Positions 13,679 through 27,460 of a DNA stretch of 64,000 nucleotides are shown piece after piece (positions within the stretch are counted from its first letter, which is position 1; every line of letters begins with the position of its first letter). The notes beneath the pieces are model-generated. The model did no database searches and had not been told where the DNA came from. It saw only the letters and a list, made by a program, of their open reading frames with translations. The translations under genes were made by a program, and so were the position numbers. This DNA is from Octopus vulgaris. Lineage: Eukaryota. The stretch covers positions 119,164,001 to 119,228,000 of the forward strand of contig OX597815.1 in NCBI GenBank assembly GCA_951406725.2, given 5' to 3'.

Positions 13679-13898
13679 AGAGTGGGTGCTGGAAAGTTCC
13701 TGGTTTTAAGGGTATCACAGAATGCCTTATTGGAGGCCCAATCTTCAGAGTTCTTTTACAGGGCCTAGAAAAACTGAAGGACTGCTGCAATAAGTGTGTA
13801 AATCTGAGAGGGGGATATGTTGAATAAAATCATAATTAACTGATCCTCCTGTACTTTTTATTTTACCCAAAGCCAGGAACTTTTTCAGCACTGGCTTG
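13679..13898 (+). mobile_element. Miniature mariner deletion derivative (MITE)
   Basis: TIR GTGCTGGAAAGTTCCTGGTTT / AGCCAGGAACTTTTTCAGCAC with TA flanks; retains the transposase C-terminus LQGLEKLKDCCNKCVNLRGGYVE*. Confidence 0.8.
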
Positions 13899-14249
13899 TA
13901 TGTAATGAGTGTGTATTGGTGCTGTTGAAAAAGACTAACTAGTTTGTCATATCTTTATTGGTGAATCTTTTCAGGATTTCGGTTTGAGGAAACACTGCAT
14001 GATTGATATGGAGTGCATAACTTGCATATTGACTCATAAAGACATTAAATGGGTAACTTAGCAACAGGGTTTAGATGCCAGACTTTGTCAAAGTCAACAG
14101 CATTATGTATGACAACGAAAATGGTGATCACTGAAGAGAGAAAGTGACACAAAGTGATAAAAGAAGTCATTGATTTCAAATGTTTCCATCAATAGTCTCC
14201 AGCAAAGTAATTTCAACTGTGTTCTCATTCCAAGAAAACAGTCTTATAC

Positions 14250-14810
14250 TCCTACCTTCCCTGAAACCTTAAAACTCACTACAAATTCTAGGCCTCACAA
14301 CTGCTAAGGATCTCTTCTGGAAGGCTAACCTCCACAACTGGGTAAAAACTGCATCACAGAGACTGACCTTCCTCTTCAGAATCAGAATATGCAATTGTTA
14401 ACTCTCTACAAAACTCAAGTGAGACCCACAATGGTATACTGCTCCTACATATTCAGTGGTATTGCTACTATTCCACCTTATTGATCAGCATGGAGTTCCT
14501 CACCAGCACATTTCAACATCTGGCCCACAGACTTGCTATCTCCTCACTCTACCTTCTACCACTATCACCATTACAGTGGCCTCTGCTCCTTTAAGCTGCC
14601 TGGACTTTGTGTTCATCTCAACTCAGGTTCACCCAATTCATTTGTCTCTCTTCTTGTTGCCTATATTATGTGTACATTCCCAAGACCCACACTAATACCG
14701 CTTCTCTAATCCTTCTTCCCCAGAATGTCAACTTGGAATTCTTTCTCTGCCCAGGCTTTTCCTCAGACACTGACTTCTGTTTCACAAAAACATTGACCAT
14801 GTCTTTCTTT
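14250..14810 (+). mobile_element. CR1/L2-group LINE 3' fragment
   Basis: LLTLYKTQVRPTMVYCSYIFSG (cf. LYKAQVRP.MEYCSH.W.G) followed by AISSLYL..YSGLCSFKL; frameshifted. Confidence 0.65.
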
Positions 14811-15430
14811 TGGTAATGGTGATGGGGGCTTGTAATGGGCACAATTCAATCCCTTCTTCTAGACCAAATGATTTTTTTTTAAATATGAAACTCTGCAAGC
14901 ATAGCTGTATGATGAAGAATTTTACTTCACAGCCTTACATTTTCAGGATTAGCTCCATTGTAGGGCACCTTCAGCAAATAGTCCTGAGCTGATGATTTCC
15001 TTGTAAGGAAACTTTGTAGATGGAAACTGTGGAAGCCTATCTCATATATGTATGTGTATTTATTTGTGTTTATGTTTGCTTCTAATTGCTTGACAAATGA
15101 TGTTGGTTTGTTTACATTCCTACAACATAGCAGTTTGACAAAAAGAGGACTATTAATATATTGGAGCTGATTTGATCAACTGGATGCTTCAAGGCAGTGC
15201 TCCAGCATGCCAGCAGTCCAATGGCTGAAACAAGTCAGAGAATAAAAAAAACTTTGAGATATTAACAATTGGATGGTTGTTGATGTGATCAGAAAAGTCA
15301 TTCTTCTTGGCATTGTGACACAGTTGTAATTTTTCTGGAGAATTAAGACTTTTTAAAATGTGCAAATTTGTATATTTTTATATGTATCTTTAAACAAGTA
15401 CTCTTCATATAATATATATATATATATATG

Positions 15431-15470
<40 letters not shown>

Positions 15471-15472
<2 letters not shown>

Positions 15473-16300
15473 TGATGAACATTAATGGAATTGTATCTTG
15501 TGGTAAAATTAGTGCCGGTGGCACGCAAGAAAACCATCCGAACGTGGCCGTAGCCAGTACCGCACCGACTGGCCTCCGTGCTGTGGGCACGTAACAAACA
15601 CCATCCGTTCGTGGCCGTTTGCCAGCCTCATCTGGCACCTGTGTCGGTGGCACATAAAAACACCATCCGAAGACCCGGCAAGACTAGTCGGGCCATAACC
15701 TGTGGCCCCTACCTGGGACGTAGTCAGTCCACCTGTGCATACCTTCCTTCTTGTGACACTTGTGAAGACCTGTTGAGGCAAGTGAAAATCAAATCAAATC
15801 AAAACAAATCAAAATAGATGAACATCAATGGAATTTGTATCTTTGTGGTAGTGCCAGTGGCACGTGGCACACAAGAAAACCATCCGAACGTGGCCGTAGC
15901 CAGTACCGCATCGACTGGCCTCCGTGCTGTGGGCACGTAACAAACACCATCCGATCGTGGCCGTTTGCCAGCCTCATCTGGCACCTGTGTCGGTGGCACA
16001 TAAAAACACCATCCGAGCGTGGCCGTCTGCCAGCCTCGTCTGGCACCTGTGTCGGTGGCACATAAAAAACACCATCCGAGCGTGGCCGTTTGCCAGCCTC
16101 GTCTGGCACCTGTGTCGGTGGCACATAAAATCACCCACTACACTCTCGGAGTGGTTGGCATTAGGAAGGGCATCCAGCTGTAGAAACACTGCCAGATCTG
16201 ACTGGACTGGTGCAGCTTTCGGGCTCCCCAGACCCCAGTTGAACCGTCCAACCCATGCTAGCATGGAAAGCGGACGTTAAATGATGATGATGATGATGAT
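15471..16300 (+). mobile_element. Young, CpG-rich family A SINE with duplicated 5' block and tandem ~54-55-bp monomers
   Basis: Block 15474-15670 repeated from 15818; three near-identical monomers ~15950-16135; canonical 3' end and (GAT)n tail. Confidence 0.9.
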
Positions 16301-16302
16301 GA

Positions 16303-16805
<503 letters not shown>

Positions 16806-19276
16806 TTTCTGTAGTTCTATTCACTCATTAGGAAAGACTAAAATTTTTGAGAAGTGTTTAGTATATAAAAATTGTAAAATCTATATTGTCTTTGAAATTA
16901 TTATGCTATATCATAAAATATTTAAAACATGCCAGAATAGTACAAAATAATTAATTCACAAAACGTGTTTCATTCTTGTAAATTAATGACTGTTTAACTA
17001 CTATAATCACTCTTATAGATATGAAGAAACTGTAATTAAAGTTTTCTAATTAGTTTTAATTACATTTATTAGATTGTAAAGTTCTCATAACTCTATCCAC
17101 ACCAAGAGAGTATAAGCAGAAAAATATACATGCGACCATGTTTTGTAGAAGCACATTATATTGAGTATGATTAAGCAAATTAGAGGAATCTCACAGGTAA
17201 CATTCTCAGACTGTGTAGTGTCATTTCCCTATAAACAGGTGAATCAAGGCACTGGAAATTAAATCCTAACCAAAGTTCTGCTTGAGATTGGAATTCAATT
17301 CTTGAGCTTTTAGTAATATTTTGTCCATTTGGCCATTTCGTCACTTATGAAATAAAGAACAACAAATGCTATGGCATTGAGGTAGATCCGGCCACCCCTG
17401 TTAAAGGGGACAAAACCTGGATTTAAAATACTGGATGATGATGATGATGAAACTAAATTTTGAAAGCATAGGCAAGAAGCTTGCTTCCTAACCCTGTACT
17501 CTCAAGTTCAAGCCCACCTTTGACAAGTTCTTTCTGTTATAGTCCTTGGCTAGTCAGAACTTTGTGAGTAGATTTGGTAGACAGAAACTGAAATAAGCCT
17601 GCTGTATGTGTGTGAGTGTGTGTGTGCGTGCGTGCACGTGTGTGTGTTTGTGTGTGTGTGTAATGTATGGAAGTGTGTGTGTGAACTCTTTCTTTGGCAT
17701 CATATGATGGTTGTAAACAAGCATCACGAAAAAAATCTACCTTAACAAATTCCACCTGACTCATGTAAAGCTTGGAAAAATAGATGTTAATTGATGAAGA
17801 TGATGGTGGTGGCAGCAGCAATGATGATGACGAAGAAGAAGAAGAAGAATATGATGGTGGTGGTGGTGGTGGTGATGATGATGATTATGATGATCCAAAA
17901 TCCAAGATTGCTATTGATAATATTGAAAATGTTAATACCTAATAATGTCAGAGTTGAAGCATGTGAGATTTTAATGTGGTAACCTTTGAAACAGTGCAAA
18001 TGTTATCCAACAGAGAAGTCTCCACTAAAGTCACCCAAGGCCCAGGTGATGGTATTAAACCAGATTAGTTCTGCCACTGAAGACCACCTATTTAATAAAC
18101 TTTCTTCCTCCAGAGTTTCTTTCTTCCCGCTTTCATTCACAAAGCTTGATTCAACATGTGGCAGTAAAAAGTATAGTTAAACTGATTTGGCATGTTTTTA
18201 AGTATGATTAAAAAGCTTGCTTCCCTAACCACATGCTTTCAGGTTCAATCTCACTGTACAACACCTTGGGCAAATTTCTTCTACTATATAGCCTTGGGCT
18301 AACCAAAGCCTTGTGAGTAGATTTGGTTGATGGAAACTGAAAGAAGCCTGTTGTATATGTATGTAATGTATGTAAGGATGTGAATGCTTCTGTGAACTCT
18401 CGCAGATAATCCTACGCACACACACCTACTTTACCATATTCTACGCACATAAAAGCAACAAGGTCTCAGACTGACTCACGTGGCCTCCGTAACGGACTAT
18501 GAAGGAAGTCACTGTACAAGTTGCAAATAGCAACAAAAGGACTTTGACAAAAAAAAAAAGAAAGAAAAAAAACCAAGCAAATGACTGATTGTTTAACCAA
18601 CAAATTAAACAAATGATCAGTTAGACAGATATTAAACCAATTGGTGAATAATAAAGGAGTGGAATTGAACCAGTGTGTGTGTTATTAATATCAGCATAAA
18701 TCTTTCCTTTGGTACAACAAAAGTATGTGTATGTATATGTGTGTAACTCTGCCTAGACATTATGTGATGGCTGTAAGTGAGTGTCGTCATCATACAAGCA
18801 AGGTTATTCATTTCTACTCATCCATGTTTAGCTATGGGAAAATATTATTTTGCTTGGAAGCATGTGATGGTCGATGACAGAAATGGCCGCTGGCTGATTA
18901 AAATCTGCTTCTCCAAATTCCACCTGACCCTTACAAGCATGGAAAAGTGGATGTTAAATGGTCGTGATGATGATGATGATACATGGGTATTTCTAACTGG
19001 GCAAGTGTCTTCTACGGTAGTCTCATGTCGACTTACAATTTGTGAGTGAAACTGAGTTGGAAGGATGTCTATTCAAAAGGTGGTCTTGGGTGGTGATGTA
19101 AGTCATGGTTTATACAGTCTCCTGGCCCTTTGGCAACTTTAGTGGAGACCACTCTGTTGGATAACATTGTGTCTTGATGAGATGCTGTCCACTATGGAAA
19201 TCCATAAGTCATGGGTTCGATTTCTTTTTCCCCCTTTAACTAGTCTTGGAGGTCCAACAAAGAGGTTATGGGTGTT

Positions 19277-19364
19277 GTCCTTCCTCTGATCAAGTCTTTC
19301 CTTTGATCAAGTCTTTCCTCTGATGAACTCCTTTCTCTGATCAAGTCCTTCCTCTGATCAAGTC
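19277..19364. repeat. 17-bp minisatellite, about 5 copies
   Basis: Unit GTCYTTCCTCTGATCAA repeated in tandem. Confidence 0.85.
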
Positions 19365-19408
19365 TAAAAAATACAAACTGGCAAAGATAATTAAGAGCAC
19401 TGCATTAA

Positions 19409-19626
19409 CCCTTTAGCATTCAGATTACTCTGTCAAATATAATGCATCTTTATTCACATTGTTTTGAATTAATCATGCATTATCTCATAGCTTTAAAATT
19501 TTGATGATATAATAGCTATTTTTGAATGACATTGTAGTGCAGGTGTGAGAGACTGGATCTGACTGGTTTCAACATCAAACATGTTGAATATTTGGGCCAG
19601 ATATGGCCAGTTTAAATGCCAAAGGG
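19409..19626. mobile_element. piggyBac-like MITE
   Basis: TTAA on both sides (19405-19408, 19627-19630); TIR CCCTTTAGCATT / AATGCCAAAGGG. Confidence 0.85.
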
Positions 19627-19902
19627 TTAACTTACAGCTGAAACAAAATAAATATTTCTCTACAGTTATTTTAGGTCTACATATCCATGTTATGATTTGA
19701 ACATCACCTAAGCTAACTCACTCAGTTATACACTAACACTATGCAGGTATGACTGTGTAGTTAAGAAGTTTGCTTTCCAACCTCATGGTTTCACGTTCAG
19801 TCCCACTGTGTAGCACCTTGGGCAAGTATCCTCTACTGTACTTCTGAGCCAACCAAAGCCTTGTGAGTGGATTTGGTTAATAGAAACTGAAAAAATCCCA
19901 TC

Positions 19903-19955
<53 letters not shown>

Positions 19956-19959
19956 TATA

Positions 19960-20827
19960 CAGGGTGGGTGAACAGTAAATAGGTATTAAATGTTGGTAAA
20001 AAAATCTATATTCCTTTTACAAATTTATTGAAACAAATGATACATGTTCTTTATTACATGGAAAAAATGAAAGTAAAACTTTAGCACCTGTGGCATCAAC
20101 CAGTTTCCTCAAACCTCTAGGGATGGAATAAACATCCTTCCGAGGGACATCATCTGGGATATCATTGAGAACCTCCTGAATCCGTGTCTCTAAGTCCTAC
20201 AGTGTGTGAGGTTTTGTCTTGTACACCTCCTCTTTTGTGTAACCCCACAGGTAAAAATCACAATGAGTGAAATCTAGACTTCTTGGGGTTCTGGACTTCT
20301 GCAGTCACAGTCTTCAGGTTTTGGTTCCTGCATGCAATGGGTTTTCCACAGACGAAAATTCAATTCTTTATGCAACACTGTATGTATTGTGTGTCTTGTT
20401 AGTCCACTTTCACGAGTTGCTTGACGTGTTGATTTTTGCAGGTTGCAATTAAACATTTCCTGCACTGTCGCCACATACTCTGCTGATTGGGATGTGGTTG
20501 GACAGCCACTTCTTCTTGCATCATTCACAGAGCCCATGGTCATCAGCTTTGCATGACACTTTTTCTTGTCTCCAGACATAGTGTTGCATGCACGCCACCA
20601 TCTCTGAACCAAAACAATGGAATTCCACACTACATAGCATGCTGCTATCTTAGCTTGCTTCTGAACAGTCAAGCAACTGGCCATCTGGAAAACAAGAAAT
20701 ATAACAATAAGAAAATAAGAAATCCCCATTAGTGTTGTCTGTTTAAAAAATGTTTCTGTCATGATTTCAGTGATACTAAATATTCTATAAGCAATTTCTA
20801 ATGCCTAGTTACTTTCTACCTACCCTG
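19960..20827 (-). mobile_element. Internally deleted Tc1/mariner element
   Basis: TIRs CAGGGTGGGTGAACAGTAAATAGGTATTA versus rc CAGGGTAGGTAGAAAGTAACTAGGCATTA; minus ORF 20274-20762 has an HTH-like N-terminus (GSVNDARRSGCPTT...KSTRQATRESG) fused to a C-terminal CDFYLWGYTKEEVY segment. Confidence 0.85.
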
Positions 20828-21005
20828 TGTATATGTATATGATCATCATCGTTTAATGTCCGCTTTCCATGGTGGCATGGGTTGGATGGTTTGACTGAGG
20901 GCTGGCGAACCAGAAGGCTACACCAGGCTCCAGTCTGATCTGGCAAAGTTTCTACAGCTGGATGCCCTTCCTAATGCTAACCACTCTAAGAGTGTAGTGG
21001 GTGCT

Positions 21006-21067
<62 letters not shown>

Positions 21068-21068
<1 letters not shown>

Positions 21069-21300
21069 AGGGTTGGCCAAAAATCACCCGACAGGAAATC
21101 ATAATTCCATAAATACTCTCTGTAATTCTGTATTGACTTGAATGGAAAAATGTGTCACTCAAGAAGGACTTCAGTTTGAACAATTTTCATGATGTTTCAT
21201 ATTTAAATGCTTTTATTAAATTCAATCAGTTGTTAAACATAATTAAATCTTGAAATTAAATGGTTTTGGTTTACTGTCAAGTGACTTTTGGCTAACCCTG
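21068..21300. mobile_element. Tc1/mariner-type MITE
   Basis: TA TSD; 27-bp TIR CAGGGTTGGCCAAAAATCACCCGACAG versus rc CAGGGTTAGCCAAAAGTCACTTGACAG. Confidence 0.9.
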
Positions 21301-21799
21301 TATACATATATGACAAGCTATAAATAATGATCATTACATATTTTTCCCTTATTAGAGCGTTGTTTCCAGTTGTCATTATAGATACATTACTGATGTGTGT
21401 GTGTGTGTGTGTGTCTTCTTGTCTTGACTTGATGTGGTTGTTGTAAATGATTGTCACTCATTTCCAATATACTGTGGAAAGTTCTTTGGTCATGGGAAAA
21501 TATTACCTCCTTGAGGAACAAATAAGGACTGGCAACAAGAAGGGTTATCTGGCCATAGAAAATCTATCTTAAAATTGTCCAACCCATGCAAGCATGGAAA
21601 AGTGGACATTAAAATAATGATGTTGATGATGATGATGACCCAAGTTAAATAAAATTTTAAAGAATGTTGTTTCTGTGTTGTAAGGATGGTTTATTGCAGG
21701 AACAGGAAACCAAAAGCTGTAAGAATTCATTCAACCCTTAGGTGCAGCCTTCTGGGAGAAATCTAGATTTTGAATAAAAAATACAATCTTACTAATTAT

Positions 21800-22160
21800 A
21801 TTGTATTATATTTATTACTTGTGTTTCAAGTGAGGGTGGATGAGTATATACTTATAGGCGCATGTACGTGGGTGTGCAGGCACTGCATGTGTAGGTATGG
21901 ACATGTGCGCTTATGCGAATACTATGAACATTTTTACTCCCTTACCTTTACTCTCTCCCTCACTTAACGGTCATTCTAATACCTCTTTTATCTTAATAAC
22001 AGTCAATCACACAGTAATTTCCCTTTGTTTAACGGTCATTTTCATAGCATTTTTTTGATGACCGGATAACTGAAGAGATGTTGGCGTGGGTTTCCGCCCC
22101 CACATCTGAAACTCTGAGTTTTATCATGGCTACCGAATAACTGTCACATATTATATTTAC
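21800..22160 (+). mobile_element. Probable Penelope-like pseudo-LTR / retrozyme fragment
   Basis: Non-coding, contains the hammerhead at 22065-22125 and ends at a (TA)n tract; family assignment is inference. Confidence 0.45.
22065..22125 (+). ncRNA. Type I hammerhead ribozyme motif
   Basis: Stem I GATAA/TTATC; core CTGAAGA 22070-22076; stem II 22077-22106; extra T; GAAA 22108-22111; near-palindromic stem III ACTC-T-GAGT; GUU triplet. Confidence 0.7.
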
Positions 22161-22199
<39 letters not shown>

Positions 22200-25100
22200 T
22201 ATGTATGTGTGTATATATGTTTGTGTGTGTGTTTGACCCCCATCATCGCTTGACAACTGATGCTGGTGTGTTTACGGCCCCATAACTTAGCAGTTTGGTA
22301 AAAGAGACCCATAAAATAAGTACTGGGCTTAGGAAGAATAAGTCCTGGGGTCGATTTGCTCGACTAAAGGCAGTGCTCCAGCATGGCCACAGTCAGATGA
22401 CTGAAACAAATGAAGAAAAGGAATAAAGAAATGTGTGTATAAGTGGACAAATGAAAGAAAGTGGTATTCAACACATTGATTCAACTCCATTCAAACGAAC
22501 CTATTTCCTCAGGCTTATAGAATCTAGTTTCCACAAACCTGATGAAATAGTTTAAGTAAAAACCAATTAATCATTACACACACACACACACATATATAAG
22601 CGCAGGTGTGACTGTATGGTAAGAAGCTTGCTTTCCAACCATGTACTTCTGGGTTCAGTCCCACTGTGTGGCACCTTGAGCAAGTGTCTTCTACTATAGT
22701 CCCAGGCTTGTGAGTGGATTTTGTAGACAGAAACTGAAAGAAGCCCGTCATGTATATATATGCTGGTGGCACATAAAAAGCACCCACTACACTCTTGGAG
22801 TGGTTGGCGTTACGAAGGGCATCCAACTGTAAAAAATCTGCCAGACCAGATTGGGGCCTGGTGCAGCTGCTGGCTCTCCAGATCTCAGTCAAATCGTCCA
22901 GCCCATGCCAGCATGGAAAACGGACGTTAATCAGTGATGATGATGATGATGGTGGTGGTATATATATATCTGTGTGCCTATGCGTATATGTTTGTCCCCC
23001 CACCCACACCGCTTAACCAGTGGTGGTGTATTTATATCCCCATAATTTAGTGGTGAAGCAAAAAGGACTGATAGAATAAGCACTAGGCTTACAAAGAATA
23101 AGTCCTAGGCTCAATTTCTTTGACTAAAACCCTTTAAGGCAGTGCTCCAGCATGACCACAGTCAGATGGCTGAAACACATAAAATAATAAAAGAATATAT
23201 GCACACACAACCATACAATGCCAAAGGTTGCCACTTTGCATGTATGATAACATCTATATTTCTACATGTGGGCATTCAGATTCCTTGTAATTTTTTTTTT
23301 TTTGCTATATTTGTACACACATTGCAGAACTAGTTAAATTAACTGAAGAATCCATAGAAGAGAAAGGAACTGGAAATAATCTGTAAGAAATTGATAGAAT
23401 TCCAGAGCTGAACAAAGAATAAGTTTCTTTGTGAAATAAATAAATATTTAAGTATCTATATATGTAATATAAATCTATAGATACATGCCTGAAACATTTG
23501 ATATTTTTTTTTTTAATCATGGTTATGCACAGCTATTGGCGCGATATCCTGGCAATTCTTGTTTGTTTTTACTGTAAATTTTCTGTATTTGTGTTCCAAA
23601 GTGTTCTACTATGAGGACAATGATTAACACAAACACACACATTCACATAGATATATTTATGTGTGTATATGTATTGTGTGTGTATATATATAGGTAGATA
23701 GGTAGGTAGGTAGGCAGGCAGGCAAATTTATACAAATAAGTATATGTTCTGTTCAGTTATATGGAAAGTGACATATATTCTTGAGGCTGCTGTGGGCTAG
23801 AAATAGAAAATACCACTGTGTTTGTGTATTTACATGTTTGTGCAATGTCTGTTTGTGTGTGTGTGTGTGTGTATGTTTGTGTTTGTAGTTTAACATTCCA
23901 TCGTATATTTGCACGCGCACAACACTCACCCTAGACACATGCATCCAAGCTCACCTCAAATAGTGCTACCAGTAAACAACCAGCTCATGTTTTTCATGAC
24001 ATCCAGTACTTGCTTGTGCTACGGTGAACAGTCTATCTACTCACCACTTTATATTAAACAACAGTCATAGAGTACTGTGGAACAATGCATTAGTATCTTT
24101 GAAAGTATGTGTGTGTGTGTAATGAAACAAAGAAACCTCATTGAGTCTTCTTGTACTAGAACTGTGAAGCTGGGCCAGACAACAGAAAAGTGTGTTTATC
24201 AATATCTCAAATACTAGGCCAGAAAAGTGTGTTCGCACTGAGTGCCTCTACATAGTTGCTTAACCTACTCGCAATAGCAGCTAAATCATACGCCACCATC
24301 TTAGTAAAAAAATGACTTATTGGACCATGTGATAATTGCATTATATTTTGGAAAACAAAGTAGTGGTCATTGCTGGAATGCCATTTGGTCATAGGTCAGC
24401 TTAAACAAGGCTTACCTGTTGGTGAAAAGAAAAGAAAAAGAAAACAATATTTAATTTGTTTCATATTCTATAAATATACTGAGACAATCTTACATGTACC
24501 ACGGTGTGTTTATCCAGTCTATGTTACAGATAGGTTATAGCAAATCCTTAATTATACGGTGCACTGATCAAAGTCTGTTTATCACTAGCTGTAGCATACA
24601 GTACATGCTACGGAAACAGTTTCATATACCATACAGTATATAATGTAAGACAGTGTCATGCTGTTATTCAGAGACACCGTGTTACAGAGAACACCATAAG
24701 TTAGGCTGTGTGTCATACACAGTATTATATAATGTATTGGAGAATATACACAGCAACAAGTAGAAATAGCAAACCATTCATGACTTGTTTATCATGTGTA
24801 GATGATATTGCAGAAATACAATGTATCATTGTACTTCTGTAATATTGTCATTGACACTACTGTTTTTGCAAGTCAAATATATATTCTAAGTGTATCAACA
24901 TGAATTATTACTTGTTTATCAATCATATTAACAACAGTATTGCTCACATCACCCATGTCAACATGTCTATATTAACTAATTATTAATGAAATCAACACTG
25001 ATGCCAGGCATTATCATCAGTATTAGTCATTGTTAACCACATTAACATCATCCATCTTCATTATTATCTTTGTTAATGATGATAAGCATCCCAATCAGCA

Positions 25101-26038
25101 TCACATTTTTAATGTCTAATTATCCGTGCTATTTGTTGACAAGTTAGAAATACAGCATTTCTTCGTGTTGTCTCATGCATCATCTGAACTGTAAGATGTA
25201 ATGTTCTAAGAACCACTTTGTCTTTCTTCCCAGTTCTTCATTCTACTACAGGTTCTTTTCACCTCATATCATGGTGCTCTTTCACTTGATATGTGTAAGT
25301 TGTCAGTTCTCTATAAATCTCTTGGTACATTTTATGCCTAATTACTTTTTCAACTCATTTATACTCAGTCTTTCCGTATTAACATTATGTATCTCAATGG
25401 ACTAAACTCAACATATTTTTCGCTCATTGCTGTATATCCTTTGCATTTTGTTACCCACAAAAATACTCATTAGAATTTAAAGAGATTTAAGAAAAGACAG
25501 AGACAGACAGACAAACAAATAGAGAGGGAGAGAGTAGGGGTACCCATTGTTACTGACAGAAATAGTTCTTTTATCCAATATCTAAAGTTATCGCTAGCTT
25601 CACCTCTAGTATAGAATATGTCATTTTGCTAACATAGCTTATCTACTGCAACCAGTGAGTCATCCAAGTAATCTGGATTCTTTATTACATGGCTGCTTAT
25701 GTTGTTATTAATTTCTATGCAACTAAAGTTCTGTTTCCCTGTTAGTCTACCAAATATCCCCCACTGCACATTGTGTGCACTTGCAGTTTGTGCTAAATCT
25801 CAATTTCCTTTCTACTTCTTCGCTGTGTGTTATACAAAGATATATTCATTGTTATCCTCACTCATTTTGATATCAACCCTGGCAATCATTTATTAATTAT
25901 ATCTTAGAAATGCCCTTATTTCTTTTACCTTTTAATTTAGTTTATGTTTAAAGACATTCTATGTTTTTAAGCACATATTTAGTACCACTGGTAACAGATA
26001 GATAAAACTGTATGTTGTTAGTTACACATGTAAATACA

Positions 26039-27227
26039 TGAGGGTTCTATCAAAAATAATACAAGTGTGGGCATAACTTCTTTATTAATTGATATAGGTC
26101 ATTCAAATTGCACATGTTGGTAGAATAACTCTTGTCTTTCTTCATAGTAGGCAAATAATGGGTTCCAAGCAGAAGCAATGTGATGTCGAGTTCTTGAATG
26201 AGAAATATAGGCTGTCCTACATTCACAAATGCTATAGGTTGTTTGTGAAGGTGACACATTCGACAAAAGTAATATTCACAGATGGATGAAGAAGTTTGAA
26301 GAAAGGGAAACCAGCATTGAAGACAAACAAGACAGTGGAAGACCATCAGCTGAGACTACTTTTTTGAATTGAAATGAGTGGACGAGTTGATTTGCATGGT
26401 CAGATGAGTCACAACCCATGAGCTTACTGCACAACCAGACTGTGATCACAATGCATTCCAGAAGGTAGTGGTAGGCATTGGTTATAAGAAAGTGTGTACA
26501 AAGTGAATACCTCAGCAATTGATGCATAATTTGAAGGTGAAAAGGGTGGGATTCCACTCTGATCTACTGGAAGCATTTGATGTCAATGAAGACACATTTT
26601 TTTTTCTGATTTGGTAACAGGAAATGAATCATGGAAATATCTTTATGATTCAGAAACAAAAGCCCAGTCCATGGAATAACATTACACCTCTTCTCCAAGG
26701 CCTAAGAAACCTAAGAGAAGTGATCAACGTAGAAAGTCATGACAACTGTTTTGGGGGGTGATAATGGCATCATTCTACTTGATTTTTTAAAAATATAGCT
26801 GTACAGCAAACAGTGAGTGGTACATCAAGTCACCTAAAGTGCTTAGAGAAACCATTAGGAGAAAGAAACTGAATAAGAATCTAAAATTTATATTCACCAT
26901 GGCAACACATCACCACACATATCTTTGGCAGGCCAACAGCCACCTGTTTGGACCAATGAAGTACAGTCCTAGGGGACAATGTGTTAATGATGCAAGATGA
27001 AAATAGCTGTGGAGAAATGAGTATAAGAGTGCACACCTGAATTTTTTGTTAGAGGATTCAAGGGATGGGTTCAGCAATGATGCAAATGCATCGGTTATAA
27101 TGGAGACTATGTTGCGTTGTAATTTTGTATAGAGGAAGAGTTACTCTATTAAAATTAGCACTTTGAATGATCTTTGTCAGTTAAAAAAGTTATGTCGATT
27201 TTTGCATTATTTTCAGTACAACCCTCA
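26039..27227 (+). mobile_element. Degenerate full-length mariner transposon
   Basis: TIR TGAGGGTTCTATCAAAAATAATACAA versus rc TGAGGGTTGTACTGAAAATAATGCAA; motifs IHRWMKKFEERETSIEDKQDSGRPS, KVCTK*IPQQL, LVTGNESW, HLFGPMK, CKCIGYNGDYV; many stops and frameshifts. Confidence 0.9.
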
Positions 27228-27460
27228 TAGTTTATCATAAAACTACAGTAGTAATTAAATAATATTCTTAAGGCCACAATTTACTCACACGCAGCATCTT
27301 CCAAAGCTTGTCACTAATTCAGTACTTAACCAAATGGAAAACCATTAACATTTTTGAAAGGGACTGCTCCCTAGCTACATTTTTGGTATAAAAAATATTG
27401 AGATTTGGTCCAGTAGAAAAATATTTACACCAAAATTTGTAGCGACATTGTAGGAGAGTA

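Noticed and set aside
14989-15020. Hammerhead-like CTGATGA...GAAAC
   Set aside because: GAAA is sequestered in the local palindrome, there is no convincing stem I/III, and it lies within a decayed SINE
16020-16062. HDV-like ribozyme (GGCCG..CCAGCCTC..CTGGC resemblance)
   Set aside because: No complementary P1 strands, P1.1 or J4/2 can be assembled
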